A stretch of 53,144 nt of DNA. Source: a virus. Lineage: Duplodnaviria > Caudoviricetes. The notes under the pieces are model-generated. The model saw only the letters and a list, made by a program, of their open reading frames with translations. It did no database searches and was not told the DNA's origin. A program made the translations under genes and the position numbers. Within the stretch, counting starts at the first letter, position 1. Every line of letters begins with the position of its first letter. This document shows, in pieces, positions 35,223 through 44,416 of this stretch. The stretch covers positions 1-53,144 of IMG/VR virus record IMGVR_UViG_3300012920_000053. The stretch is one strand, 5' to 3'.

Positions 35223-37209
35223 CTAAACTAATCTCCGAATTTTCTAATTCTGTAATCAAATCACGAATTTCTGACTTTGTCTCAAATAAAAGTGATTCCT
35301 CTTTTCCATAAATAGGTTCTTTGACCTCGTAAATACCTCTAGAAAGTCCCATCAAATTTGACATTCCAGGAGTAATATCTTTTGGCTTTGGAAAAGCCAT
35401 GGCAGAATAATTGTGTTGTCTACCTGAACGGCTATCTCCTCCGCGATGGGTCTTGGAAACATATTTTTTTCCTTTTGCCTTATCAGAAAGTGATTTTTCT
35501 GTATGTTTTCTGCCCCTATCGTCTCTTTTGGCTGGGGCTGAAAGTAACGGACCTTCGTCTCCGGCCGATGTGTCAGTTGTGGCTGCGGGATCCGTATCAG
35601 TACCCAAGTCTCCGGTGCCAGTGTCGGTGCCCAAATCTCCGGCGCCTAGGTCTCCACCGCCTAGGTCTCCGCCACCCAAATTAGCTCCGAGGTCTCCGCC
35701 ACCCAAATCACCCCCAAGGTCTCCTAGTCCACCGCCAGCTGCTTCTTCGCCAGCTGCTTCTGCGGCTGCATTAAGTTCTGCTTCGAACTTTCTGTCGTGG
35801 AACATTTCTCTCTGATTTCTTACAAATTCTTCTTCTGATAAATTGAATAAATTTTGAGCAATCCAGCGTCTACTGAAGAAATTTTCTGTAGCTCCACCAG
35901 CAATATCAAACTTGATTTTCCAATGCTCTAGTTCTTGCATTTCTGCAATTTTAGAAGGATTATTTAGTTTAAGCTTGAAGCTGACTAAGTCGTCTCCTCG
36001 AAATCCGAGTGTATATAGGTGCACAATACCGATCTTTTCAAGTTCCGTAATAACTGCTCTTTGAAGGCGCTGGATTGTCCTTGCAAATCGCACATCTTTT
36101 TGGGCCAAAGTTGTCTTATCTTCATTGGCGCCACCTTCGGAGTCACTTGAGAGGTAAGCAGAAGGGATCTTCAGGGCCGCAAACATCTTATCTCTTAGGT
36201 ATTTTACATCGTCAATGTCGCCAGTAAATTGGCCGCCCTGTAAAGTTTCAATCTTTGAAGATTCGCCACCTCTAACTGGGATAAAATAGTCTTCTTCAAC
36301 AGAAAGGGGGTTGTATCTCAAATCTACGCGGCCAGTGTTGGCATCAACAACTTGATTTCTCTTCATTGAAGTGATAGTTTTCTGAACAAACTGCTCGACA
36401 TCATTGGGGGCAATATTTCCGACATCAATGTAAAACACTCGGCGTTCTGCCGAACGAACAATCCGGTAAGCCATCATTGCATCTTCCATAAGAACTAGTT
36501 GTCTCCAGATTCTTCGGCCAGATTCAAGCACAGCAGTTCCATATGGTGCATATTTATCGTTACCAAGCACTCTAAAATGAGCAATTTGCCAATTTTCAAA
36601 AGTCATCCCACCAGAATTCCACTGATATTGTACATAATTCGGGTTTGATGGATCTTCGCCTTCTAATCTTTCCACTTCTTTGAGGGGAAGTGGGATCACG
36701 GATTTCACTCCAAGCCTTTCATCAAGGTCCATATATAAAATAAAGTCTCCAAACTTACACATAGACCGACACCAACCAAAGAGATTGTGATCAATATTTA
36801 AAATGTTTGTATATAGAGATTGTAAGATTGCCTTTATCTCTTCATTTGGGCAATCAATTGTCAACATGGGGGTCAATGCCGTATGCGTTGTCATTTCGTC
36901 GGCATAAATATCCAAAGCAGATGCGATTTCCGGCATATATTCCATTTGTTCATAGTCAATATAGCGCTCTGCCCTATTCTGTTGAGCCATAATTTTAGAA
37001 TGCATGACATCAAAAGGACTATATTCGGATCGTTTGAATTGTTGGCCAGATGCAGATCTAAAATCAGTAGCATACTTATCTAATGCTGTTCTTCTGATTT
37101 TTCGATTCATCTGGGTGCGCCAATTTACAATTGGTCCCGAAAATAATCGAGTCAATCTTCTAAATAATTCAGATTGTGGATTATTGGGGTTTTTCTTCTG
37201 GTCAGCCAT
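35194..37209 (-). CDS. gp20: Portal protein (T4 gp20-like), 671 aa
   Basis: YEQMEYMPEIASALDIYADE...LMEDAMMAYRIVRSAERRVFYIDVGN...EEDYFIPVRGG...IETLQGG...IDDVKYLRDKMFAALKIPSAYL...RFARTIQRLQ. Confidence 0.95.
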   Translation of the reverse strand: MADQKKNPNNPQSELFRRLTRLFSGPIVNWRTQMNRKIRRTALDKYATDFRSASGQQFKRSEYSPFDVMHSKIMAQQNRAERYIDYEQMEYMPEIASALDIYADEMTTHTALTPMLTIDCPNEEIKAILQSLYTNILNIDHNLFGWCRSMCKFGDFILYMDLDERLGVKSVIPLPLKEVERLEGEDPSNPNYVQYQWNSGGMTFENWQIAHFRVLGNDKYAPYGTAVLESGRRIWRQLVLMEDAMMAYRIVRSAERRVFYIDVGNIAPNDVEQFVQKTITSMKRNQVVDANTGRVDLRYNPLSVEEDYFIPVRGGESSKIETLQGGQFTGDIDDVKYLRDKMFAALKIPSAYLSSDSEGGANEDKTTLAQKDVRFARTIQRLQRAVITELEKIGIVHLYTLGFRGDDLVSFKLKLNNPSKIAEMQELEHWKIKFDIAGGATENFFSRRWIAQNLFNLSEEEFVRNQREMFHDRKFEAELNAAAEAAGEEAAGGGLGDLGGDLGGGDLGANLGGGDLGGGDLGAGDLGTDTGTGDLGTDTDPAATTDTSAGDEGPLLSAPAKRDDRGRKHTEKSLSDKAKGKKYVSKTHRGGDSRSGRQHNYSAMAFPKPKDITPGMSNLMGLSRGIYEVKEPIYGKEESLLFETKSEIRDLITELENSEISLDENETQQKA
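35595..35740 (-). repeat. Low-complexity (GGDLG)n repeat in the portal C-terminal tail
   Basis: The translation reads GGGLGDLGGDLGGGDLGANLGGGDLGGGDLGAGDLGTDTGTGDLG. Confidence 0.8.
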
Positions 37210-37212
37210 TCT

Positions 37213-38802
37213 TTATCCTTTTATTAGCCACGAATATTTTCTATATTCTTCTTTTGCTTTGAACATTTTATCGTCCAAACTTTCTTTTTTACTGTATCCT
37301 TCCATTCCCGGAATTGTTGTATTTATTTTTGTATTTACACTCACCATTGAGTTTAGGCATGCCCTTTTGTATTCTGTTTCTCTCTTGTTTACTGTTAGTG
37401 CTGTATCCCTTACCCAACAAGCGATTGCTAGAGCCATAATCAGGTCATCATTGTAGCCCCTCATTGCCTGGGGTTTGCCATTATTCCAAATAAAAGTCCT
37501 CAATTCGTTAGAAAAGCGAAGGGAATATACTTTAATTAGTTTGTTTCTTACGAATTCTTCCAATTTTGCTACAATTAGTGGTCTTGTTTTTAGAGAGGTG
37601 GTAAAACCGGGCACTGCGCCCTGCATCGTTTGGCCTTGATGACTTTCTACAAACTCGTGGGTACCTTTTACGGAATAGTATAAGTTTGGATATTCTAAGT
37701 CAATGAGTTTTTCTAATACCGATATTCCAATACCGACATTTTCAACGACCAACAGGCAGTTTCCATACTCTTTTCCAGCCTGAAAGAGAACATTGGCATA
37801 CATATCCAAGTTTGGCTTTCCTTGGTATTCAGCAACAACTTCCATTGTTTCTAATTTTACAATATTAAAGACAGAATAATCAGCTCCGTCGCCTCTTGCA
37901 ACGTCTGCGACTAGCAAGTAAGAGTTTTGTGCATTGTACTCTTCCCAGATCCACATATTTCGGTCAAAACCTGTTCTATATTTTGGATCTTTTACAATTC
38001 CTTCAAGCCACGCGATGTCATCTGGATGAATAACACTCTCTCCTGATGTATTGAAATTGCACTCAAGTTCTTGCGCGATTTCGCGGCGCGACATATTCCT
38101 TGTCTCTTTTTCGAACCAAGATTGATCTCTATCTGGGTGTACATCCCATGGTAATAAAATGGGGTGAAAGTCGTTTGATCCTTCGGCGGCCTCAGTATAT
38201 GTTTTGTGGAACCAGTTACCCACACCATTTGGTGTTGAAAGGGCAATCACTCGTCCACCAGTCGAAATTGTAGGATACAAACCTGCCCAGAGTTCATCCA
38301 AATTCTCAACGTGGGCGGCCTCATCAATAACCAGAAGAGAAAGAGCCTCTGAACGGCCGGCATCGCCAGAAGTCGAAGCTGCTTGAATTTGAGAACCATT
38401 GGAAAGCTCAAAAGAAGCTCTATTGTCTATCGAAATTTCCGAAATAAGAAGAAAGTCTGGCACATTTTTCATAATAGATTTAACTTTCTTGACAAGATTG
38501 GCTGCTGTCTTGAATTTGGTTGCCATAACAAGAATATTCTTGTCTCTGTGAAATAGCATAAGCCAAACAATATAGCCAGCTGCGATCGTAGAAATACCTA
38601 ACTGGCGCGCCTTCAGGATAACATTGAATCGATAATCATTGAAATCAGTTAGAAGATCAGCCTGATAATCATAGGTCTTAAATGGGATCAGACCTTTGAT
38701 TGGGTGAGAAATTCTTGCGTAATTATTTACGAAGTATACCGGGTCTTTTCCACACTTAAGAATTTCTGCTACGATTTCCTTTTTAGATAGTGTGTATGAC
38801 AT
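37213..38802 (-). CDS. gp17: Terminase large subunit (T4 gp17-like), 529 aa
   Basis: KCGKDPVYF...YDYQ...LKARQLGIST (Walker A), LLVIDEAAH (Walker B), LSTPNGVGNWF, QELEC, nuclease ADVARGDGADYS and NDDLIMALAI. Confidence 0.96.
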   Translation of the reverse strand: MSYTLSKKEIVAEILKCGKDPVYFVNNYARISHPIKGLIPFKTYDYQADLLTDFNDYRFNVILKARQLGISTIAAGYIVWLMLFHRDKNILVMATKFKTAANLVKKVKSIMKNVPDFLLISEISIDNRASFELSNGSQIQAASTSGDAGRSEALSLLVIDEAAHVENLDELWAGLYPTISTGGRVIALSTPNGVGNWFHKTYTEAAEGSNDFHPILLPWDVHPDRDQSWFEKETRNMSRREIAQELECNFNTSGESVIHPDDIAWLEGIVKDPKYRTGFDRNMWIWEEYNAQNSYLLVADVARGDGADYSVFNIVKLETMEVVAEYQGKPNLDMYANVLFQAGKEYGNCLLVVENVGIGISVLEKLIDLEYPNLYYSVKGTHEFVESHQGQTMQGAVPGFTTSLKTRPLIVAKLEEFVRNKLIKVYSLRFSNELRTFIWNNGKPQAMRGYNDDLIMALAIACWVRDTALTVNKRETEYKRACLNSMVSVNTKINTTIPGMEGYSKKESLDDKMFKAKEEYRKYSWLIKG

Positions 38803-38805
38803 TAT

Positions 38806-39321
38806 TTATTCTTTGGCGAATCCGCCTTCTTTCAAAAATTTATTATAATTAATCACCATAGTATCAGCAACTGCTTCCCCTAGAGTTGTAACTTGCTTCA
38901 TGCCGCCGATTTTGAACATTCTATGTGCTGTGACAAACGTTCTAACTCTAGAGGTATTTTGAACCAAGCACTTTGCCTCTCCTTGGGGAGTTAGCGAAAT
39001 TGACTTCCCTGTAATCTGATTATATTCTTTTTTTAGAAAGTCAGCAATTGCTTGAATTTTTCTTTCACACTCTTCTTCAAATCCGTTAGCGTAAACAGAT
39101 GATAAAGATACATTACATTCATAATTGATTTGTAACATATCTGCAACAATTTTTACGCCAAAGCCATCTGCGACCCTGCTATCAACAATGGGACATCCTT
39201 CTTCGCGGGAAAGACCTACTGCCTTTACATCACCTGATGCAAACCTCTGATCGTGAGATCCATCGTAAGCATTTGCTGCCGCTTGATTAATTCCTTGTAT
39301 AATTTCTAATGTTGTAGCCAT
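38806..39321 (-). CDS. Hypothetical protein directly upstream of the terminase, 171 aa
   Basis: Clean ORF with an AAGGA RBS; function not recognised. Confidence 0.75.
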   Translation of the reverse strand: MATTLEIIQGINQAAANAYDGSHDQRFASGDVKAVGLSREEGCPIVDSRVADGFGVKIVADMLQINYECNVSLSSVYANGFEEECERKIQAIADFLKKEYNQITGKSISLTPQGEAKCLVQNTSRVRTFVTAHRMFKIGGMKQVTTLGEAVADTMVINYNKFLKEGGFAKE

Positions 39322-39337
39322 GTTTTTATTCCTTTAG

Positions 39338-39820
39338 TTATTCACCGTATGCCATATCATCTCTTTTCTTTCGAGACCAAAATTTGTACCCACTTGGTGT
39401 GCCTTCTTGATTTGGGCCTGCCCAGTATACTTCTCTATCTCCTATTAAACCAATAAACGTATTTGGTGGCAACAAATTGAAGAGGTCCATAGCATCTTTC
39501 ACTCCCATCGCATCAAAAAGATCTTCTAGCGTCATATTCATATCTTTTGCCATTTCAACTGCATTGAATTCTCTATAGGGATTGCCTTTTACTTGCCTTT
39601 TTCTGCCATAGATGCCAAAGTCGCCGCCCATATCAGAGCCGGTACCTGCTTTATCGGGAATACCACCGATACCGGGCTTTGTGGTTGCAACACCATCAAC
39701 ATAAATAACGTCGTCGTCTTCTTCTCTATCTGGTCTATTATCATCCGTTTTAGCTTCTGTAGTTATTTTAGAGATTTCCTCTTTAATAATTTTTACTAAT
39801 TGTGATTTAGTGATTTTCAT
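39338..39820 (-). CDS. Hypothetical protein with an N-terminal MKITKSQLVKIIKEEI tag, 160 aa
   Basis: Shares its N-terminus with 33566-33865; GGAG RBS. Confidence 0.7.
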   Translation of the reverse strand: MKITKSQLVKIIKEEISKITTEAKTDDNRPDREEDDDVIYVDGVATTKPGIGGIPDKAGTGSDMGGDFGIYGRKRQVKGNPYREFNAVEMAKDMNMTLEDLFDAMGVKDAMDLFNLLPPNTFIGLIGDREVYWAGPNQEGTPSGYKFWSRKKRDDMAYGE

Positions 39821-40199
39821 TTTCTTTCTCCGGTCGCCAGCCTGATGACCATCTGTCTTCCCTGCCTTCGACCCATTGTATATAACATTTGTGGCAACAA
39901 TCGAATTTTGTCATATAAACATCATCCCTCAAATCAAAAGAATATGCGGAACATATAGGACAATTTCGATCTTCGTCCTTATTAAATAGTTTTTTAGAAA
40001 TTAAAATGCCATCAACTTCTACTTTTTCATTTTTTTCTCTGTATTTGACTTCTTTTTGGTGCAAATCTCGAATTTGGCGCTGGTATTCTTCTTCCTTCTT
40101 GTCTGTCCATCCAGACTTAGGATGCTGAATTGCCTCTTTACCATACTTTTTAGAAATTGCTATTTCATATTTAGCTATTTGGTTTAGGTCATTTTTCAT
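39807..40199 (-). CDS. Hypothetical Zn-finger protein (~130 aa)
   Basis: CPIC...CCHKC. The likely start is ATG at 40199, overlapping the upstream stop (ATGA). Confidence 0.7.
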   Translation of the reverse strand: MKNDLNQIAKYEIAISKKYGKEAIQHPKSGWTDKKEEEYQRQIRDLHQKEVKYREKNEKVEVDGILISKKLFNKDEDRNCPICSAYSFDLRDDVYMTKFDCCHKCYIQWVEGREDRWSSGWRPEKENENH

Positions 40200-40633
40200 T
40201 TGCTCACCACATGTACTATCCCAACCGTAGTTCCTACTCCCACCACAAAGCCTCCTACGATGCCCCATAGAAGAGCATTTTTTCCAGGCTTTTTGGCAAT
40301 TATTTTATTTAGTTGATCAATTTCAGTATTTTTTAGATTCAAGGTTGTTTCATATCTTTCTCTATCTGTGTTCATTGTAATATTTAGTTGATCAATGTTT
40401 AGCTCATAATGTGCTTTTTGTTTTTCAAGTTCAAATCCAAGTTTTAGGTCGTACTCTTCTTTTAAAAATTTATAGTTTGATAAAATTTTGGCTGTTGCGA
40501 CTGGATCAAAAAGAGTTCCTGTGAATGGTGCTGGTTGATTATCCTGTATAAAAGTAAACTTTCCCTCTGATGCTTCAGAGGTGCCAGCAAACATCAAAAA
40601 AAACATCATCACTAGTTTATTCAACATATTCAA
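40196..40633 (-). CDS. Exported coiled-coil protein with a signal peptide and C-terminal TM helix (spanin-partner-like)
   Basis: N-terminal MLNKLVMMFFLMFAGTSEA, a central coiled coil, and C-terminal ALLWGIVGGFVVGVGTTVGIV. Confidence 0.55.
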   Translation of the reverse strand: MNMLNKLVMMFFLMFAGTSEASEGKFTFIQDNQPAPFTGTLFDPVATAKILSNYKFLKEEYDLKLGFELEKQKAHYELNIDQLNITMNTDRERYETTLNLKNTEIDQLNKIIAKKPGKNALLWGIVGGFVVGVGTTVGIVHVVSK

Positions 40634-41018
40634 ATCCGAAAATTTCTTCTATTTCAATCGCGATCACTTCGGGCTGCTTTTCAAAATCACGAATAAAATT
40701 TTCAATATCTTTTTCTCTAGCTTGTTGAAGATCTATCAAGGCATCTTTATATTTATCGGAGATCTCTATCAGTTCTTTTTCGTATTCTAAGATAGCAGCT
40801 TCTCGTTCTGCAATTTCTTTTTTGTGAAGCTCCTCAAGAGCAGAAATTTGAGCTTCATAGCTCTGACCCATAACATCCATAGATTTTTTGAGTGATGCAT
40901 AATCATTCTTGGTAACAAAAAATAAAACAAGCACGACAACCAGACCTACACCTTGCCAATTTTTTACCAAAAATGACCCAAAGGACTTGAAAACATCCTC
41001 AATATTGATATTGATCAC
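40617..41018 (-). CDS. Membrane-anchored coiled-coil protein (Rz/i-spanin-like), 133 aa
   Basis: Single N-terminal TM (WQGVGLVVVLVLFFV) followed by a long heptad-rich helix. Confidence 0.55.
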   Translation of the reverse strand: MININIEDVFKSFGSFLVKNWQGVGLVVVLVLFFVTKNDYASLKKSMDVMGQSYEAQISALEELHKKEIAEREAAILEYEKELIEISDKYKDALIDLQQAREKDIENFIRDFEKQPEVIAIEIEEIFGFEYVE

Positions 41019-41218
41019 TATGCACCCTTCAGTTTTACGATTGCATCAATGACGGATTGGCCGCCAATGTACAGTGCGCTTAAGTACAGCCAGTGTTCGC
41101 TCTCTAAATTTCCAGAAAATAAAAGCCCCGTCGCCATACCCCATACAAGGAGTTTTCTAGAGACTGCCTTTTCTAGTGCTTTATCAATTGCGCCCTTTGC
41201 CATTTGTGTCATTGTCAT
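41018..41218 (-). CDS. Putative holin (2 TM, ~66 aa)
   Basis: SRKLLVWGMATGLLF...WLYLSALYIGGQSVID. The ATG at 41218 has a GGAGG RBS and an ACTATTTATA motif at 41236-41245. Confidence 0.55.
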   Translation of the reverse strand: MTMTQMAKGAIDKALEKAVSRKLLVWGMATGLLFSGNLESEHWLYLSALYIGGQSVIDAIVKLKGA

Positions 41219-41246
41219 AAACCCTCCTGTTTCATTATAAATAGTA

Positions 41247-44200
41247 TTATTGTTGTATAAAGGCAAAGCCTTCTTTTTTATCTATAGTTATTTGCATATC
41301 AACACAATCCTTCAAGCTATCTAAGTGAGAGATAAGTAGGACTGTCTTGAAGTAAGATCGAATAAGGTCTAGAATATCAATAAATCCTTGCATGTTTTCC
41401 TCATCTAAAGCTGTTCCCGGTTCGTCGAGAATAAAGATATCGGATTTTGGAAGCGAAGATACGCTTAACAAAGAAAGCCGAATAGCCATCGCGGCGATTG
41501 TCTTTTCTGCACCAGAACCCATTTCTAATGGTCGTGGGGCGTGCTTAGGGTGTTTGATAAAAATATCTAACCTTTTTCCGTCATCCTCAAAGAACACCTC
41601 GAATTCAACAATATTTGCTAAAATTTTTGCAATTTCCTCGTTGATAACTGGAAGCTTTCTTCTAATAACATCATAAGCTATACCATTTGGGTGCATGCAG
41701 CGCATATAGAGGTCATAAGCAGAAAATTCTTCCTGCAAATCATGAAATTCCTCTTTCTTGAGAATTAAATTACTTAGCTTTTCCTCCAAAGATCCAACTG
41801 ATTTATAAAGAGCCAATATTGAGTTGTTGCATGATTCTAAACTATTTTGTAAATTTTGAGATTTTATTTTTAGAGTTCTATCGCTTTTTGTCAAATTTTC
41901 TAAATTCTCAATAGCGTCTTTGTTTAGTTCGTATTCAGATACCTTGTCTTCCAAAATAGAGATTTCTGACATCAAGGTATTTATTAGTGAATTATTTTTT
42001 TCAATTTTTAAATCATAGTTTGTTATCTTGTTTGATAATTCATTTCGACGATCCACAAGGCTATTATATTTACTAATATGATCATCGACCTGATCAGGAT
42101 CAATTTCTTGAATATCTTCGTTTAGATCTCCGATTTGCTCTGAAAGATTTTCTACTTCTTTTTCGTTTAGTGGAATTGTTGCTTTAGCTACATATGCATC
42201 CTTGATAAATTTACATTTTGGATAAGAAGTTCCACAAGGGATTCCGCTCAAAAGCTTTTCCTTGATTTTATTTCTTTTTAGCTCCTCCTCCTCTGTACTC
42301 AACATATTTTCCAGTGTGGCCATTTGATCTAGTAATTCATTTGCCTTCTCTTGTTTGTTGAAGAGAGACTTTACGTCAAATACTTCCAGAAACTCAACAA
42401 CCTTTTTATAAGTGTCTTTATCCTCACTTCTGTTTAATTTGAACTCTTCGCTTTGATCTGAAACGGAGATTAGTTGATTTCTCTTGTCTGACAATTCTTG
42501 CTGGACTTTCATCACATCAATGATTTCAGCAGGGATTGATTTTATTTTTTCATTGATTTCTAAAATTTCTTTATTATATTTTTCTAGATTTTTCTTTAGA
42601 TTTTCATAAGAAGTTTTTTTGCTCTCTAATTTGTTGTTGGCCTCTTCTAAGTCATCTTGAGCAGCTAAGATTTCGCTATTGAAGTCACGGCCTTCAGATT
42701 TCTTTAAGGCACCTCTTGTATCTGATGCATCTTCTTTTGATAGTCTGAATTTTCTTTCAAAAAATTCTAAATCTAGAAACTTTGCAAGAATTTCTTTTCT
42801 CTTTGTAGACCCCTCTTTGATGAAAGTTAAAGAATCTAGCTGTGATGCCATCGAAGAATAAAGAAAATCGTCTAGAGTTCCAAATACTTTTCGAATATTT
42901 TTATCTGTTTGATTTCTTGTTAGGCCATTTAGGCTTTCTTTATCTCCGAAAGACGGATCGTACATAGAGAAATCAGCATTAGTTTTCGCCTCAAGAGTTG
43001 TTTGCCCCTTTAGCTTCCTGGTATATTTTTCAGAATTTCTATCGACATAATAATCTGTATCACCTATAGAGATTTTTACTTTTCCCCTTCCATAATCTCG
43101 ATTCTGATTGATTATGTTTAGGTTTTTTCTATCATTTTTAGAAGTAGAGTTGAAGATGGTGTATAAAATGGAGTCAATAATACTAGATTTTCCGGAAAAG
43201 TTTTTCCCAAAGATTCCAACTATCCCCTCTAAATTGTCAAAATTTATACTATTTCCTTCTCCATAGTTGAAAAGGTTATCCCACTCAATTGAGCGCAATC
43301 TCCAATTTATATTTCTAGAAACCTCTTCGTTTTCTTCTGCGATCTTGTTGTATTTTAGATTCAGATCTAAAACCCTTTTCATCAAATCATTGTCTACTTC
43401 AAAATCTTTTAGATATTCTTTGATGAGTTCTTCTTGAATCTGAATATTTCTCAAGTCTTCTGTTTCTAGACCGTCCGTGATGTCTTGAACGTTTCCTCTT
43501 TGGCCAGACGCTCTATTCAAAAAAGTGATACTTTCTGGCCGAAAGCGACGTTTGGCTACTTCTATAGCCTTTCTCATTACATCTAGTGGTAAGTTATTGT
43601 TTGATACTAGGCGCAATCGAGCGTCCGAAGGTACTACCTTGGAAGCATTCTTGGGCATCTTTCCAGTAGACGTAAGTTCAATTGTTACAAAAGGCCTCGG
43701 ATTTTTAAGCTCAACATGGCGACAAGTAAAGTTTTCTTTACCTTGGATGTCCCATAATAGAAATCCCTTGTCGTTTGTTTCTCCATGGTTCTGTTGAATT
43801 GTCGATCCACAGTATCTAATCCTCCCCTCTTTGTCTAGACGCTGGTTTGTTTTGTGGATGTCGCCTAAGAAGCCATAATCATGACCTTCAAAAATCTCAA
43901 TTGGATGCTCTCCGTGAGTCATTACCCAGCCAGTATCTGTAACTACGCCTGAAACCGAGCCGTGATAAAGAGCAATATTGATATTATCTGGATTGCTTGG
44001 CTCTACCCACCCCTCTTCGTCAAAAACAGATAAAACATTGAGAGTTATCCCGGCTTTTAGGGGAACTTCTCCAGATTTTTTCAACAAATGTAAATTAGGG
44101 TGAGACAAAGCTTCGACAATCGGAGTAAGTGCATCTTGACGATTTGAATTTTTTAGGTTTCCATCATGATTCCCCAAAATAACATAAGTGGGCGAAATAT

Positions 44201-44405
44201 CCGCCAAAGAACTTAAAAAGTCAGAACACATCTCTACAAATTCTGGACTAATCTGTGTCTTGGTGTGTGCAATATCTCCACAATGAATAATATAGTCAGG
44301 TTTTTCTTTGCGTAAGATATCATACAATTTTTCAAATACAATCTTGTATTCGTAGTGATATTTCAGATTTTTAATATGCGTATCCGCTATGTGAGCAAAC
44401 TTCAA
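41247..44405 (-). CDS. Fused SbcD(Mre11/gp47)-SbcC(Rad50/gp46) recombination nuclease-ATPase, 1052 aa
   Basis: N-terminal phosphoesterase motifs HIADTH, HCGDIAH, ILGNHD, LYHG, LGDIHK, YCGS. These are followed by Walker A GKNFSGKSS, a Q-loop, a coiled coil, signature MGSGAEK, Walker B ILDEP and ISH. Confidence 0.93.
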   Translation of the reverse strand: MKFAHIADTHIKNLKYHYEYKIVFEKLYDILRKEKPDYIIHCGDIAHTKTQISPEFVEMCSDFLSSLADISPTYVILGNHDGNLKNSNRQDALTPIVEALSHPNLHLLKKSGEVPLKAGITLNVLSVFDEEGWVEPSNPDNINIALYHGSVSGVVTDTGWVMTHGEHPIEIFEGHDYGFLGDIHKTNQRLDKEGRIRYCGSTIQQNHGETNDKGFLLWDIQGKENFTCRHVELKNPRPFVTIELTSTGKMPKNASKVVPSDARLRLVSNNNLPLDVMRKAIEVAKRRFRPESITFLNRASGQRGNVQDITDGLETEDLRNIQIQEELIKEYLKDFEVDNDLMKRVLDLNLKYNKIAEENEEVSRNINWRLRSIEWDNLFNYGEGNSINFDNLEGIVGIFGKNFSGKSSIIDSILYTIFNSTSKNDRKNLNIINQNRDYGRGKVKISIGDTDYYVDRNSEKYTRKLKGQTTLEAKTNADFSMYDPSFGDKESLNGLTRNQTDKNIRKVFGTLDDFLYSSMASQLDSLTFIKEGSTKRKEILAKFLDLEFFERKFRLSKEDASDTRGALKKSEGRDFNSEILAAQDDLEEANNKLESKKTSYENLKKNLEKYNKEILEINEKIKSIPAEIIDVMKVQQELSDKRNQLISVSDQSEEFKLNRSEDKDTYKKVVEFLEVFDVKSLFNKQEKANELLDQMATLENMLSTEEEELKRNKIKEKLLSGIPCGTSYPKCKFIKDAYVAKATIPLNEKEVENLSEQIGDLNEDIQEIDPDQVDDHISKYNSLVDRRNELSNKITNYDLKIEKNNSLINTLMSEISILEDKVSEYELNKDAIENLENLTKSDRTLKIKSQNLQNSLESCNNSILALYKSVGSLEEKLSNLILKKEEFHDLQEEFSAYDLYMRCMHPNGIAYDVIRRKLPVINEEIAKILANIVEFEVFFEDDGKRLDIFIKHPKHAPRPLEMGSGAEKTIAAMAIRLSLLSVSSLPKSDIFILDEPGTALDEENMQGFIDILDLIRSYFKTVLLISHLDSLKDCVDMQITIDKKEGFAFIQQ

Positions 44406-44416
44406 ACTTCTATCTC

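Noticed and set aside
41200-41266. Holin dual-start motif (MTMTQM) and the longer 82-aa call from 41266
   Set aside because: There is no charged residue between the Met codons as in lambda S105/S107. The 41266 start overlaps the sbcCD end and lies upstream of the promoter motif and RBS.
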